From NCBI GenBank assembly GCA_035543295.1, contig DASZZS010000007.1:13886-77885 (forward strand): a stretch of 64,000 nucleotides of DNA, read 5' to 3'. The notes under the pieces are model-generated. The model saw only the letters and a program-made list of their open reading frames with translations, searched no databases and was not told the DNA's origin. Position 1 is the stretch's first letter. Each line of letters starts with the position of its first letter. Below are positions 56,218 to 64,000 of this stretch, piece after piece. A program made the translations under genes and the position numbers. The stretch comes from Novosphingobium sp. GTDB lineage: Bacteria > Pseudomonadota > Alphaproteobacteria > Sphingomonadales > Sphingomonadaceae.

Positions 56218-57639
56218 ATGAAGAAGTTCACCGGCGCGCTGCTTGGCGCGTCCCTGCTGGCCAGCCCGCTGGCAGCGCAGAGCGCGACCGCACCCACGCC
56301 GCTACGGCCCGACCAGGTCGCGTTTCGCGAACTCTACAAGGAGCTGGTCGAGACCAATACCGCGCTGTCTTCGGGCAGCTGCACGCTCGCGGCCGAGCGG
56401 ATGGCGGCGCGGCTCCGCGCGGCGGGGATGGCGGACAGTCAGCTGACGCTGTTCAGCACGCCCGAGCATCCCAAGGATGGCGGGCTGGTCGCGGTCTATC
56501 CCGGCACATCACGGACGCTCAAGCCGATGCTGCTGCTGGCGCATATCGACGTGGTCGAGGCCAACCGCTCCGACTGGACCCGCGATCCGTTCACGCTGAT
56601 CGAGGAGAACGGCTATTTCTATGCGCGGGGTTCGGCGGACGATAAATCGCAAGCCGCGGTGTGGACCGACACTTTGGTGCGGTTCGCGCAAAGCGGTTAC
56701 AAGCCGCGCCGGACGATCAAGCTGGCGCTGACCTGCGGCGAAGAGACAAGCGGCGCGTTCAACGGCGCGGAATGGCTATCGGCCAATCGGCGCGAGCTGA
56801 TCGATGCGGAATTTGCGCTCAACGAAGGCGGCGGCGGCCGCACCGATGGCAAGGGCAATTTACAGGTGCAGTCGATCCTCGTCGGTGAAAAGGCCTATCA
56901 GGACTTCACCCTGACCACGACCAACCCCGGCGGCCATTCCTCGCAGCCGGTACCCGACAATGCGATCTACGCGATGGCCGATGCAGTGGGCAAGCTGCGC
57001 AGCTATGAATTCCCGCTCGAATTCAACGATACCACCCGCGCGTTCTTCACCAGAGCAGGTGCGCTACGCAAGGATGCGACCGGACCGGCGATGATCGCGC
57101 TTGCCGCCAATCCTGCGGATACGGCGTCCGAAGCCATCGTCAATCGGGACAAGATGCTGCATTCGATGCTGCGCACCACCTGCGTCGCCACGCTGATCGA
57201 CGGCGGCCACGCGCTCAACGCGCTGCCGCAGAGCGTCACCGCCAACGTCAACTGCCGGATGTTCCCGGGCCGCACGCCGGATGAGACCCAGGCCGCGCTG
57301 ACTGCAGCAATCGGTAATCCGGCGGTGAAAGTCGAGCAGCGGGTCAAAGGCAAGCCGATCGCCAAAGCTCCGCCGATGGATCCGAAAATCGTCGGGCCGA
57401 TGGAGCGGCTCGCGGCCAGGCACTTCCTCGGGATTCCAGTAGTTCCGACGATCTCGACCGGGGCCACCGACGGGGTCTATCTGGGCGCGGTGGGCATTCC
57501 GACCTACGGCGTTCCGGGGATCTGGGGCGATCCCGACGGCAACGGGACGCATGGCCTCAACGAGCGTATAGAAGCCCGCTCGCTCTACGCCGGGCGCGAC
57601 TATCTGTTCGATCTGGTCAAGGAGCTGTCGAGCAAATAG
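56218..57639 (+). CDS. Exported M20/M25/M40-family metallopeptidase
   Basis: Signal peptide MKKFTGALLGASLLASPLAAQSA; LLLAHIDVV, GSADDK and CGEETSG metal-ligand contexts. Confidence 0.85.
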   Translation: MKKFTGALLGASLLASPLAAQSATAPTPLRPDQVAFRELYKELVETNTALSSGSCTLAAERMAARLRAAGMADSQLTLFSTPEHPKDGGLVAVYPGTSRTLKPMLLLAHIDVVEANRSDWTRDPFTLIEENGYFYARGSADDKSQAAVWTDTLVRFAQSGYKPRRTIKLALTCGEETSGAFNGAEWLSANRRELIDAEFALNEGGGGRTDGKGNLQVQSILVGEKAYQDFTLTTTNPGGHSSQPVPDNAIYAMADAVGKLRSYEFPLEFNDTTRAFFTRAGALRKDATGPAMIALAANPADTASEAIVNRDKMLHSMLRTTCVATLIDGGHALNALPQSVTANVNCRMFPGRTPDETQAALTAAIGNPAVKVEQRVKGKPIAKAPPMDPKIVGPMERLAARHFLGIPVVPTISTGATDGVYLGAVGIPTYGVPGIWGDPDGNGTHGLNERIEARSLYAGRDYLFDLVKELSSK

Positions 57640-57649
57640 CCCCAAATGA

Positions 57650-57685
57650 AAACGGCCGCCTCGCTGGATGGCGAGACGGCCGTTT
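57650..57685. terminator. Strong hairpin terminator shared by the convergent M20 gene and the small ORF
   Basis: AAACGGCCG-C-CTCGC [TGGATG] GCGAG-A-CGGCCGTTT, 14 bp with one internal mismatch. On the minus strand it is followed by TCATTT, giving TTTTCATTT. On the plus strand it is followed by CGGGGGG. Confidence 0.6.
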
Positions 57686-57709
57686 CGGGGGGATTGTGCA
57701 CCCGCGGCT

Positions 57710-57793
57710 TTAGACAAGCGTGGCGGTGAACATCAGTCCGCTGGTCGAAACCGCGGCGATGATCGGCAGCACAATCAGAACGATGCTGCGCAT
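57710..57793 (-). CDS. 27-aa hydrophobic small protein (unannotated)
   Basis: ATG at 57793, preceded by AGGAGA and a 6-nt spacer. It encodes MRSIVLIVLPIIAAVSTSGLMFTATLV, with TAA at 57712-57710 and a terminator hairpin ~25 nt downstream. It is below the ORF-track size cut-off except as the tail of a longer, implausible 63-aa ORF. Confidence 0.5.
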   Translation of the reverse strand: MRSIVLIVLPIIAAVSTSGLMFTATLV

Positions 57794-57926
57794 GGGGGTT
57801 CTCCTGTTGCTTCGCGAATTTTGTTCGCAGTTGCAACATAAGCGCGGCGGTAGAGATTGCACGTGCAAAGGCCAGAACAGGTGTTGCATAAAACGCAACA
57901 CAGGCTTGCACTAATGAGAGTGACCG

Positions 57927-59468
57927 ATGGACCACGACAATCCCGCGCTGCTGCTTGAGGCCGAATTCGGCTCGTTTCCCGCACTGATCCAAGGCTGGGG
58001 GGCTTGGCACGCCGATGCTCCGGCGCTCGATGACGGCACCCAGAGGTTTAACTGGCGCGAACTGGCGGAGCGGGTCGAGCGGATCGCAGCGCGGCTTCAG
58101 GCTGACGGTTTGCAGCGCGGACAGGCGGTGGCGATCCTCGGCACCTCGACCGTCAACTACGCGCTGGTGTTCCTCGCCGCGATCCGCGCCGGGGGCTGCG
58201 CCGCGCCGCTGACCACCAGCGCGAGCCCGCAGCAGCTCAGTGCGATGGCGGCAGATTCGGGCGCGATGCATCTGTTTATCGACCGCGCCAAACTGGTCGA
58301 GTTGGGCGAATGCAAGCTCCCGGTCGACCGCCAGATCATCCTCGACGAGGACCTCGACGCCTTCATGGCCCCGCCCGGTACTCCGGCCGCGCCGTTCGAG
58401 CCCGCCGAAAACGATCCGTTCAACATCATCTATTCCTCGGGCACGACCGGCACCCCCAAGGGGATCGTCCACAGTCACGTCATGCGCTGGCGCCAGATGA
58501 CCTTCCGCGCGGCCAATAATTACGGGCTGGGCAGCCGCGCGCTGACCTCCACCCCGCTCTATTCGAACACCACGATGGTGGTGTTCCTGCCCGCGATGTA
58601 TTCGGGCGGCTGCGCCTCGATCATGGGCAAGTTCGATGTCGCCGCATGGCTACAAAGGGCGCAGGACGAGCATGTCACGCACACCATGCTGGTGCCGGTG
58701 CAATACCGCCGACTGATGCAATATCCCGAGTTCGACAGCTTCGACCTCTCGGCGCTGGCGCACAAATACTGCACCTCCGCGCCGTTCCCCGCCGATCTCA
58801 AGGCCGAAGTGCTGCGGCGCATGCCCGGCGGACTGATCGAGATTTACGGGATGACCGAGGGCGGGGTGTCGTGCCTGCTCGCCGCGCACGAGCATCCCGA
58901 CAAGCTCCACACCGTGGGCGTTCCGGCACCCGGCAATTTCCTCAAGGTGATCGGCGAGGATTTGCGCGAACTGCCGGCGGGCGCGGCGGGGGAGCTGGTC
59001 GGCAAATCGGGCGCGATGATGCTGGGCTACAAGAACCAGCCCGAAAAGACCCGCGAAGGCTATTGGACCGATCCCGCCGACGGCACCATTTGGCAGCGCA
59101 TGGGCGACATCGGCCGGATCGATGCCGATGGCTTCGTCGAGCTGGTCGGGCGGACCAAGGACGTGATCATCTCGGGCGGGTTCAACATCTTTCCGATCGA
59201 CTTGGAAACCGAGCTGGCGAAGGATGATCGCGTGGTCGAAGCCGCGGTTGTCGGCGTGGCAAGCGAGCAATGGGGCGAAACGCCGGTGGGGTTCGTGGTG
59301 CTCAAACCCGGCCATGAGGGCGAGCTGGAGGACATCCGCAGCATCGCCAATTCGCGCCTCGGCAAGACCCAGCGCGTCTCCGCGCTCCATGCGATCGAGG
59401 AAATGCCGCGCAGCCACATCGGCAAACTGCTCAAAACCGAGCTGCGGGAAATGCTAAGTCGAAGCTAG
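57927..59468 (+). CDS. AMP-dependent acyl-CoA synthetase/ligase (class I adenylate-forming enzyme)
   Basis: The AMP-binding motif IIYSSGTTGTPKGIVHSH, YGMTEGG, GDIGRIDADGF and a terminal SHIGKLLK. Confidence 0.85.
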   Translation: MDHDNPALLLEAEFGSFPALIQGWGAWHADAPALDDGTQRFNWRELAERVERIAARLQADGLQRGQAVAILGTSTVNYALVFLAAIRAGGCAAPLTTSASPQQLSAMAADSGAMHLFIDRAKLVELGECKLPVDRQIILDEDLDAFMAPPGTPAAPFEPAENDPFNIIYSSGTTGTPKGIVHSHVMRWRQMTFRAANNYGLGSRALTSTPLYSNTTMVVFLPAMYSGGCASIMGKFDVAAWLQRAQDEHVTHTMLVPVQYRRLMQYPEFDSFDLSALAHKYCTSAPFPADLKAEVLRRMPGGLIEIYGMTEGGVSCLLAAHEHPDKLHTVGVPAPGNFLKVIGEDLRELPAGAAGELVGKSGAMMLGYKNQPEKTREGYWTDPADGTIWQRMGDIGRIDADGFVELVGRTKDVIISGGFNIFPIDLETELAKDDRVVEAAVVGVASEQWGETPVGFVVLKPGHEGELEDIRSIANSRLGKTQRVSALHAIEEMPRSHIGKLLKTELREMLSRS

Positions 59469-59470
59469 GC

Positions 59471-59617
59471 CGATCCTCTCCATTTTCACGAAGTGCAAAT
59501 GGGGAGGTGGCTGGCCAGTATGGCCAGACGGAGGGGTTTCGACCAAGCCGCATTGCCCCTCCGTCAGCGCTGCGCGCTGCCACCTCCCCATTTGGCTGCG
59601 CAAAATGGAGAGGATCG
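59471..59617. repeat. 147-bp nested-palindrome element (family 2)
   Basis: Outer 16-nt arms CGATCCTCTCCATTTT (59471-86) and AAAATGGAGAGGATCG (59602-17). Middle 16-nt arms CAAATGGGGAGGTGGC (59496-511) and GCCACCTCCCCATTTG (59579-94). Inner hairpins CTGGCC-AGTA-TGGCCAG, GGAGGGG...CCCCTCC and CAGCGC-TG-CGCGCTG. Confidence 0.7.
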
Positions 59618-59654
59618 TGTTGCGCCCGCGGCTCCTGCTAACTATCGGCCCCTC

Positions 59655-61214
59655 ATGACCATCCAGCCTTCAGACTCGATCCTGATCGTCGACTTCGGCA
59701 GCCAGGTTACTCAGCTCATCGCGCGCCGGGTGCGCGAGGCGGGGGTCTATTCGGAGATCGCCCCGTTCAACACCGCCGCCGCCGCCTTCGCACGGATGCA
59801 GCCCAAGGGGATCATCCTCGGCGGGTCGCCCGCCTCGGTGCTCGACGAGAACGGTCCGCAGATCCCGCAGGAAATCCTCGACAGCGGGCTGCCGATCATG
59901 GCGATCTGCTATGGCCAGCAGGCGCTGATGCATCAGCTCGGCGGCGAAGTGCTGCCCGGCGATTCGGGCGAATTCGGCCGCGCCTTCATCGATATCGAGG
60001 ATGGTTGTGCGCTGTTCGATGGCCTCTGGAGCGAGGGCGAAAAGCATCAGGTGTGGATGAGCCACGGCGACAAGGTCACCCAGCTCGCCCCCGGCTTCCG
60101 CCCGGTCGCCTCCAGCGCCGGCTCGCCCTATGCGGTGATCGCCAACGACGAGCAGCGCATCTACGCGATGCAGTTCCACCCCGAAGTGGTCCACACCCCC
60201 GATGGCGGCAAGCTCTACAAGAACTTCGTGCGCCACGTTTGCGGCCTCGCCGGCGACTGGACGATGGCTGAATTCCGCAAGACCAAAATCGAAGAAATCC
60301 GCCAACAAGTAGGCAAGGGCAAAGTGATCTGCGGGTTGTCCGGCGGGGTGGACTCTGCGGTCGCCGCAGTCCTCATCCACGAAGCGCTCGGCGAACAGCT
60401 CACCTGTGTGTTCGTCGATCACGGGCTGATGCGGCTGGGCGAGGCCGAGCAGGTCGTTTCGTTGTTCCGCAACCACTACAACATCCCGCTGGTCCACAAG
60501 GACGTCTCGGCGCTGTTCCTCGGCGGGCTCGCCGGGATCACCGACCCCGAAGCCAAGCGCAAATTCATCGGCAAGACCTTTATCGATGTGTTCGAGGAGG
60601 AGGCGAAGCAGATCGGCGGCGCGGAATTCCTCGCGCAGGGCACGCTCTATCCCGATGTGATTGAGAGCGTCTCGTTCACCGGCGGGCCGAGCGTCACGAT
60701 CAAGAGCCACCACAACGTCGGCGGGCTGCCCGAGCGGATGAATATGAGCCTCGTCGAGCCCTTGCGCGAACTGTTCAAGGACGAGGTCCGCGAGCTCGGC
60801 CGCGAGCTTGGGCTGCCCGAGGTGTTCGTCGGCCGCCACCCGTTCCCCGGCCCCGGCCTCGCGATCCGCATCCCCGGCGAAGTCACCCGCGAGCGCTGCG
60901 ACGTGCTGCGCAAGGCCGATGCGGTCTATCTCGAGGAAATCCGCAACGCCGGATTGTATGACGCGATCTGGCAGGCCTTCGCGGTGCTGCTACCGGTCAA
61001 GACCGTCGGGGTGATGGGTGACAGCCGCACCTACGACAACGTCTGCGCGCTGCGCGCCGTCACCTCGACCGACGGCATGACCGCCGACATCTATCCCTTC
61101 GACGCGGCGTTTTTGAGCCGGGTGGCGACGCGGATCATCAACGAGGTCAAGGGCATCAACCGGGTGGTCTATGACTACACCAGCAAGCCGCCGGGGACGA
61201 TCGAGTGGGAGTGA
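59655..61214 (+). CDS. guaA: GMP synthase (glutamine-hydrolysing)
   Basis: [26 protein letters not shown] and QFHPEV (GATase); GLSGGVDS (the ATP-PPase P-loop); and a terminal ...KPPGTIEWE. Confidence 0.97.
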   Translation: MTIQPSDSILIVDFGSQVTQLIARRVREAGVYSEIAPFNTAAAAFARMQPKGIILGGSPASVLDENGPQIPQEILDSGLPIMAICYGQQALMHQLGGEVLPGDSGEFGRAFIDIEDGCALFDGLWSEGEKHQVWMSHGDKVTQLAPGFRPVASSAGSPYAVIANDEQRIYAMQFHPEVVHTPDGGKLYKNFVRHVCGLAGDWTMAEFRKTKIEEIRQQVGKGKVICGLSGGVDSAVAAVLIHEALGEQLTCVFVDHGLMRLGEAEQVVSLFRNHYNIPLVHKDVSALFLGGLAGITDPEAKRKFIGKTFIDVFEEEAKQIGGAEFLAQGTLYPDVIESVSFTGGPSVTIKSHHNVGGLPERMNMSLVEPLRELFKDEVRELGRELGLPEVFVGRHPFPGPGLAIRIPGEVTRERCDVLRKADAVYLEEIRNAGLYDAIWQAFAVLLPVKTVGVMGDSRTYDNVCALRAVTSTDGMTADIYPFDAAFLSRVATRIINEVKGINRVVYDYTSKPPGTIEWE

Positions 61215-61218
61215 GCTG

Positions 61219-62205
61219 TTAAAGCCGAACCACATGCGCTGACAGCTCAGCCTGCCCGGGTGCCGCAATGCTTAGAGCTCGCTGCGTGAGCGGAGTAATT
61301 GCTGATCGCGGTGGAAGGTTTGCCGGTAGTCGGACGTTCCAGGCAAGGCCAAGGAACTCCATAAACTGGATGAAACGATAGCCGGGGTCCGCTTGCCCGG
61401 GATACAGGCCATGCCGCGCGGACGCGGGGAAGGCGTGGTGGTTGCAGTGCCAGCTTTCTCCCATCGTAGGGATTGCCAGCCAGGCAATGTTGTATCCCTG
61501 AACGGCCGCATCGTCGACGAACCAATCCTGATGGCCGCGTCGATGCGCTATATGGGCAATATACCAGTGCATCGTGAAACACACAGCGACGCGGACAATC
61601 ACTCCCCAAACAACCCAATGCCAGCCGCCCAGCCAGAACAGCAAAAGCGCAACAGGGATTTGGTGCAGCATCCAGGTTCGTTGGAGGAAGCGGTAGAAGG
61701 GATCGTCGCTAATGCCGGTCCCTGCATCGAAGCGGGGTGGGTGATCAAAGATCATTCGGAAATTAAGGTAGAAAAAGCCGTCGGCCAAAGCTGGCTTGCC
61801 GTGACGCAAGAACCAATGGCAATTGGCCTGGCGCTGCGCCCAGTCGCGAATGTCATGCAAGCCGACGGTCCACAGAGGCCCGCCCATCCCAACCAGAACG
61901 CCAAAGTAAATCATCACCCGTTCGAGCCATTTTGGACATTCGAAGCTGTGATGAATGAGCCGGCGATGGAAGCCGACCGAATGGCCGACACACAAAGTCA
62001 AGGCGGAGAGGATCAAAAAGACGGCCAATCCGCTCCAGGTGAAGTAGGGCGGTCCAAGCACAAGAGCGGCGGCCAGCATCGTCATATTCCAGATCGAGCG
62101 CGGCGCGTCCCAAGCCAGATGTCCAGAGCCGGCATCGGCAGTTTCAAGCCCTGATAGAGAATTGACTTTGAACGCGCCAGTTGCCGCTTCTCCCGCCGCA
62201 CTCAT
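61219..62205 (-). CDS. Acyl-CoA (stearoyl-CoA-type) desaturase-like membrane protein
   Basis: GFHRRLIHHS (box 1) and GESWHCNHHAFPASARHG (box 3) are recognisable. The expected HRxHH box 2 is replaced by LHDIRDW. The start overlaps the arsR stop (ATGA). Confidence 0.7.
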   Translation of the reverse strand: MSAAGEAATGAFKVNSLSGLETADAGSGHLAWDAPRSIWNMTMLAAALVLGPPYFTWSGLAVFLILSALTLCVGHSVGFHRRLIHHSFECPKWLERVMIYFGVLVGMGGPLWTVGLHDIRDWAQRQANCHWFLRHGKPALADGFFYLNFRMIFDHPPRFDAGTGISDDPFYRFLQRTWMLHQIPVALLLFWLGGWHWVVWGVIVRVAVCFTMHWYIAHIAHRRGHQDWFVDDAAVQGYNIAWLAIPTMGESWHCNHHAFPASARHGLYPGQADPGYRFIQFMEFLGLAWNVRLPANLPPRSAITPLTQRALSIAAPGQAELSAHVVRL

Positions 62206-62516
62206 CTTTCGATCTCCAGCTTGCGTTTTTGCTTGCGGGCGGCATTTAACTTACGGGCGTCGGGGCAGAACGGGGTGAGGAAGCTGTAAAGGCTGTTCGC
62301 CAGATTATCGGCAGCGATGCTATAAATGATGTGCTGACCTCGCTTTTGCTGATGCACTAGGCCTGCCTCGTGAAGCACTGACAGGTGCTTCGAGATCGAG
62401 GGCATTGCCATGTCGAACTTGTCGGCGATTTCGCCGACTGTCATTGGCCCACCGGCGAGATGGTTGAGAATGCGTCGACGCGGGGTCGATGCCAAGGCCT
62501 TGAACGCGCGCTCCAT
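62202..62516 (-). CDS. ArsR/SmtB-family winged-helix regulator (no obvious metal-binding Cys motif)
   Basis: MERAFKALASTPRRRILNHLAGGPMTVGEIADKFDMAMPSISKHLSVLHEAGLVHQQKRGQHIIYSI. AGGAA lies upstream of the ATG at 62516. Confidence 0.85.
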   Translation of the reverse strand: MERAFKALASTPRRRILNHLAGGPMTVGEIADKFDMAMPSISKHLSVLHEAGLVHQQKRGQHIIYSIAADNLANSLYSFLTPFCPDARKLNAARKQKRKLEIER

Positions 62517-62523
62517 AGATACT

Positions 62524-62537
62524 TTCCTAATTAGGAA
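62524..62537. promoter_or_regulatory. Perfect 14-bp palindrome overlapping the arsR ribosome-binding site (candidate operator or RBS hairpin)
   Basis: TTCCTAATTAGGAA at 62524-62537, 8 nt from the arsR ATG, in an AT-rich spacer. A second palindrome, TTGATCAA, lies at 62561-62568. Confidence 0.4.
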
Positions 62538-62564
62538 TATATCTATGGTCAAGCATTTGGTTGA

Positions 62565-63071
62565 TCAATTAGTTGTCTGCTCCACCGCCACAAACCGCCC
62601 CGCCTCCCGATCCTTGCGCACCCTCAGCCCGTCGAACACCTGCCCGCTCATCGCGATATAAACCCCTGGCGCAGCGACCTGCGCAGTGGCCAGCGCCATG
62701 CCGAGGTTGAAGGCGGCGTCGCTTTCGGCGAAGCGGGCGGGGGCGAGCGCGCCGGTCAGCACCATCGTCTTGCCGGGGATTGCGGCGAGGACTTTTGCGG
62801 TATCGGTCATGGTGTCGGTGCCATGGGTGATGACGATCCGGGTTTCGGGCGCGGCGCGCGCGCGCTCGGCGATATCGGCGCGGTCGGCATCGGTCAGTTC
62901 GAGGCTGTCCTTGCGGCACACTTCCTCGACCCGGAATGGCAGCGCCACGCGCGCCTGCTTCAGCAGCAGCGCAATGGCGCTGTCGACAATTTGGTATTCG
63001 CTCAGCGCGTCGAAATAGGCCTTGTCGATCGTGCCGCCGGTGGTGAGGATAAGGATTGGGTGTTGGTCCAT
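62565..63071 (-). CDS. Asparaginase-domain protein (short, N-terminal-domain-only form)
   Basis: 168 aa: ILILTTGGTIDK (asparaginase Thr motif), ITHGTDTM. It lacks the C-terminal domain of full-length type I/II asparaginases. Confidence 0.7.
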   Translation of the reverse strand: MDQHPILILTTGGTIDKAYFDALSEYQIVDSAIALLLKQARVALPFRVEEVCRKDSLELTDADRADIAERARAAPETRIVITHGTDTMTDTAKVLAAIPGKTMVLTGALAPARFAESDAAFNLGMALATAQVAAPGVYIAMSGQVFDGLRVRKDREAGRFVAVEQTTN

Positions 63072-63111
63072 CGCGCGGCCTTAGCCGAAGTCACCGAAGG
63101 AGCGGAAGGGG

Positions 63112-63582
63112 ATGAAACGGATCGAGCGTTCGGTCAGCGGCGGATGCCAGTGCGGGGCGGTGCGCTACCGCGCGAGCGCGGTGCTCGACAATGCGCATTT
63201 GTGCCATTGCCGGATGTGCCAGAAGGCGGTCGGCAATCTGTTCGCCGCGCTGGTCGCGGCTCCGAACGATGCGATCGAATGGACGCGCGGCGCACCGGCG
63301 CTGTGGCGCAGCTCGGACCATGTCGAACGCGGCTTCTGCGCTGCCTGCGGAACCCCGCTGCTGGTGCGTGACGACGATAGCAGCCGCACCAACTTCACCA
63401 TCGGCTCGCTCGACCGGCCAAGCGAATTCCCCCCACAAAGCCAGATGGGCTCGGAGAGCCGGATGCCGTGGTTCAGCTACTTGGGCGGGCTGCCCGACGA
63501 AGGAGAAACAGGCAGCGGCGACGAGCAGGAGTGGGCGGCAGCGATCGCGGCGAGCAACCGCCAGCATCCCGATCATGACTAG
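63112..63582 (+). CDS. GFA (glutathione-dependent formaldehyde-activating / CENP-V-like) family protein
   Basis: Zn-Cys pattern GGCQCGAVRY...HLCHCRMCQKA...GFCAACGTPL. Confidence 0.85.
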   Translation: MKRIERSVSGGCQCGAVRYRASAVLDNAHLCHCRMCQKAVGNLFAALVAAPNDAIEWTRGAPALWRSSDHVERGFCAACGTPLLVRDDDSSRTNFTIGSLDRPSEFPPQSQMGSESRMPWFSYLGGLPDEGETGSGDEQEWAAAIAASNRQHPDHD

Positions 63583-63602
63583 CGCGGCCGTGCGCGGGCC
63601 GC

Positions 63603-64000
63603 CTACCAGGCATTGCCCGCCGCGACCGCGCTTGTCTCGGCCGCGGAACTGCGCCGTCCGAGCACCGCGTTGCGATGCGGGAAGCGGCCGAACCGCGCGA
63701 TCATCCGATAGTGTGAACGCGCAAACCGCGTGATCGAGGCATCGCCTAGCGCGGTGAACACCCGCAACGAGCAAAGCTGGTCGGCTTGTCCCTCGCTGTG
63801 CATCAACGGCATGGCAAGGAACTGGCGCTCGTGCAGGCTGAGGTTTCGGTGCCAACCACGCCGCAACGCGCGCTTGGCGATGGCGCGGGCGAGCGGATCG
63901 CTGGCGAAGGCGCGGCGATCATCGCGGAACAAATTGCGCGGGCATTGGTCGAACAATAGCACCGCAGCACGCGCGGTCAGCGGATCGCGCAGGAACTCGC
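63603..64000 (-). CDS. DUF924-family protein (5' end beyond the window)
   Basis: LLFDQCPRNLFRDDRRAFASDPLARAIAKRAL...LMHSE...RFGRFPHRNAVLGR. The frame stays open to position 64000, so the N-terminus is truncated by the window edge. Confidence 0.75.
   Translation of the reverse strand, partial: EFLRDPLTARAAVLLFDQCPRNLFRDDRRAFASDPLARAIAKRALRRGWHRNLSLHERQFLAMPLMHSEGQADQLCSLRVFTALGDASITRFARSHYRMIARFGRFPHRNAVLGRRSSAAETSAVAAGNAW

Noticed and set aside
63653-63684. GGAAC...CGTT match on the plus strand
   Set aside because: The spacer is 18 nt, outside the 16-17 nt EcfG window, and the match lies antisense inside the DUF924 coding region.

Overview
High-GC segment, about 66-67% in spot counts. It is almost certainly alphaproteobacterial chromosome, because the PhyR-NepR-EcfG module is alphaproteobacteria-specific. 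GyrB and the repeat elements look Sphingomonadales-like, but that assignment is inference only. I see about 55 protein genes, 2 tRNAs, no rRNA, no CRISPR array and no transposase, integrase or phage genes.

Most of the window is housekeeping: glpD, glmM, thiD, rlmE, lptFG, clpS, msrB, a PBP1A-type synthase, degP, hflKC, mrp, hemH, dapD, gyrB and guaA.

Five things stand out:
1. A complete general stress response (GSR) core at 9.6-13.4 kb: phyR, a convergent CHASE/HWE kinase, and nepR-ecfG. nepR is only 57 codons and is missing from the supplied ORF track. I found four perfect GGAAC-N16-CGTT EcfG-type promoter boxes. One of them appears to drive an unannotated ~90-nt small RNA with a C-rich loop, divergent from phyR. 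Another drives a single-domain response regulator at 22.4 kb.
2. A 631-667 aa orphan membrane protein at 28.3-30.3 kb. Its N-terminus looks like a SLOG nucleotide-sensor domain and its C-terminus like two tandem 2-TM SLATT-type modules. The first Rossmann strand is only encoded if translation starts at a CTG.
3. A lower-GC glycan-modification islet at 50.1-53.6 kb. It holds a pyruvyl-transferase/2OG-Fe(II)-oxygenase fusion, a GT2 glycosyltransferase and a sulfotransferase remnant.
4. A 27-codon hydrophobic ORF with a strong RBS and its own terminator at 57.7 kb.
5. Two families of long GC-rich nested-palindrome repeats, one of which shows compensatory arm substitutions.

All functional calls come from reading the translated ORFs and recalling family motifs. 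No database search, RNA folding or HMM comparison was run.
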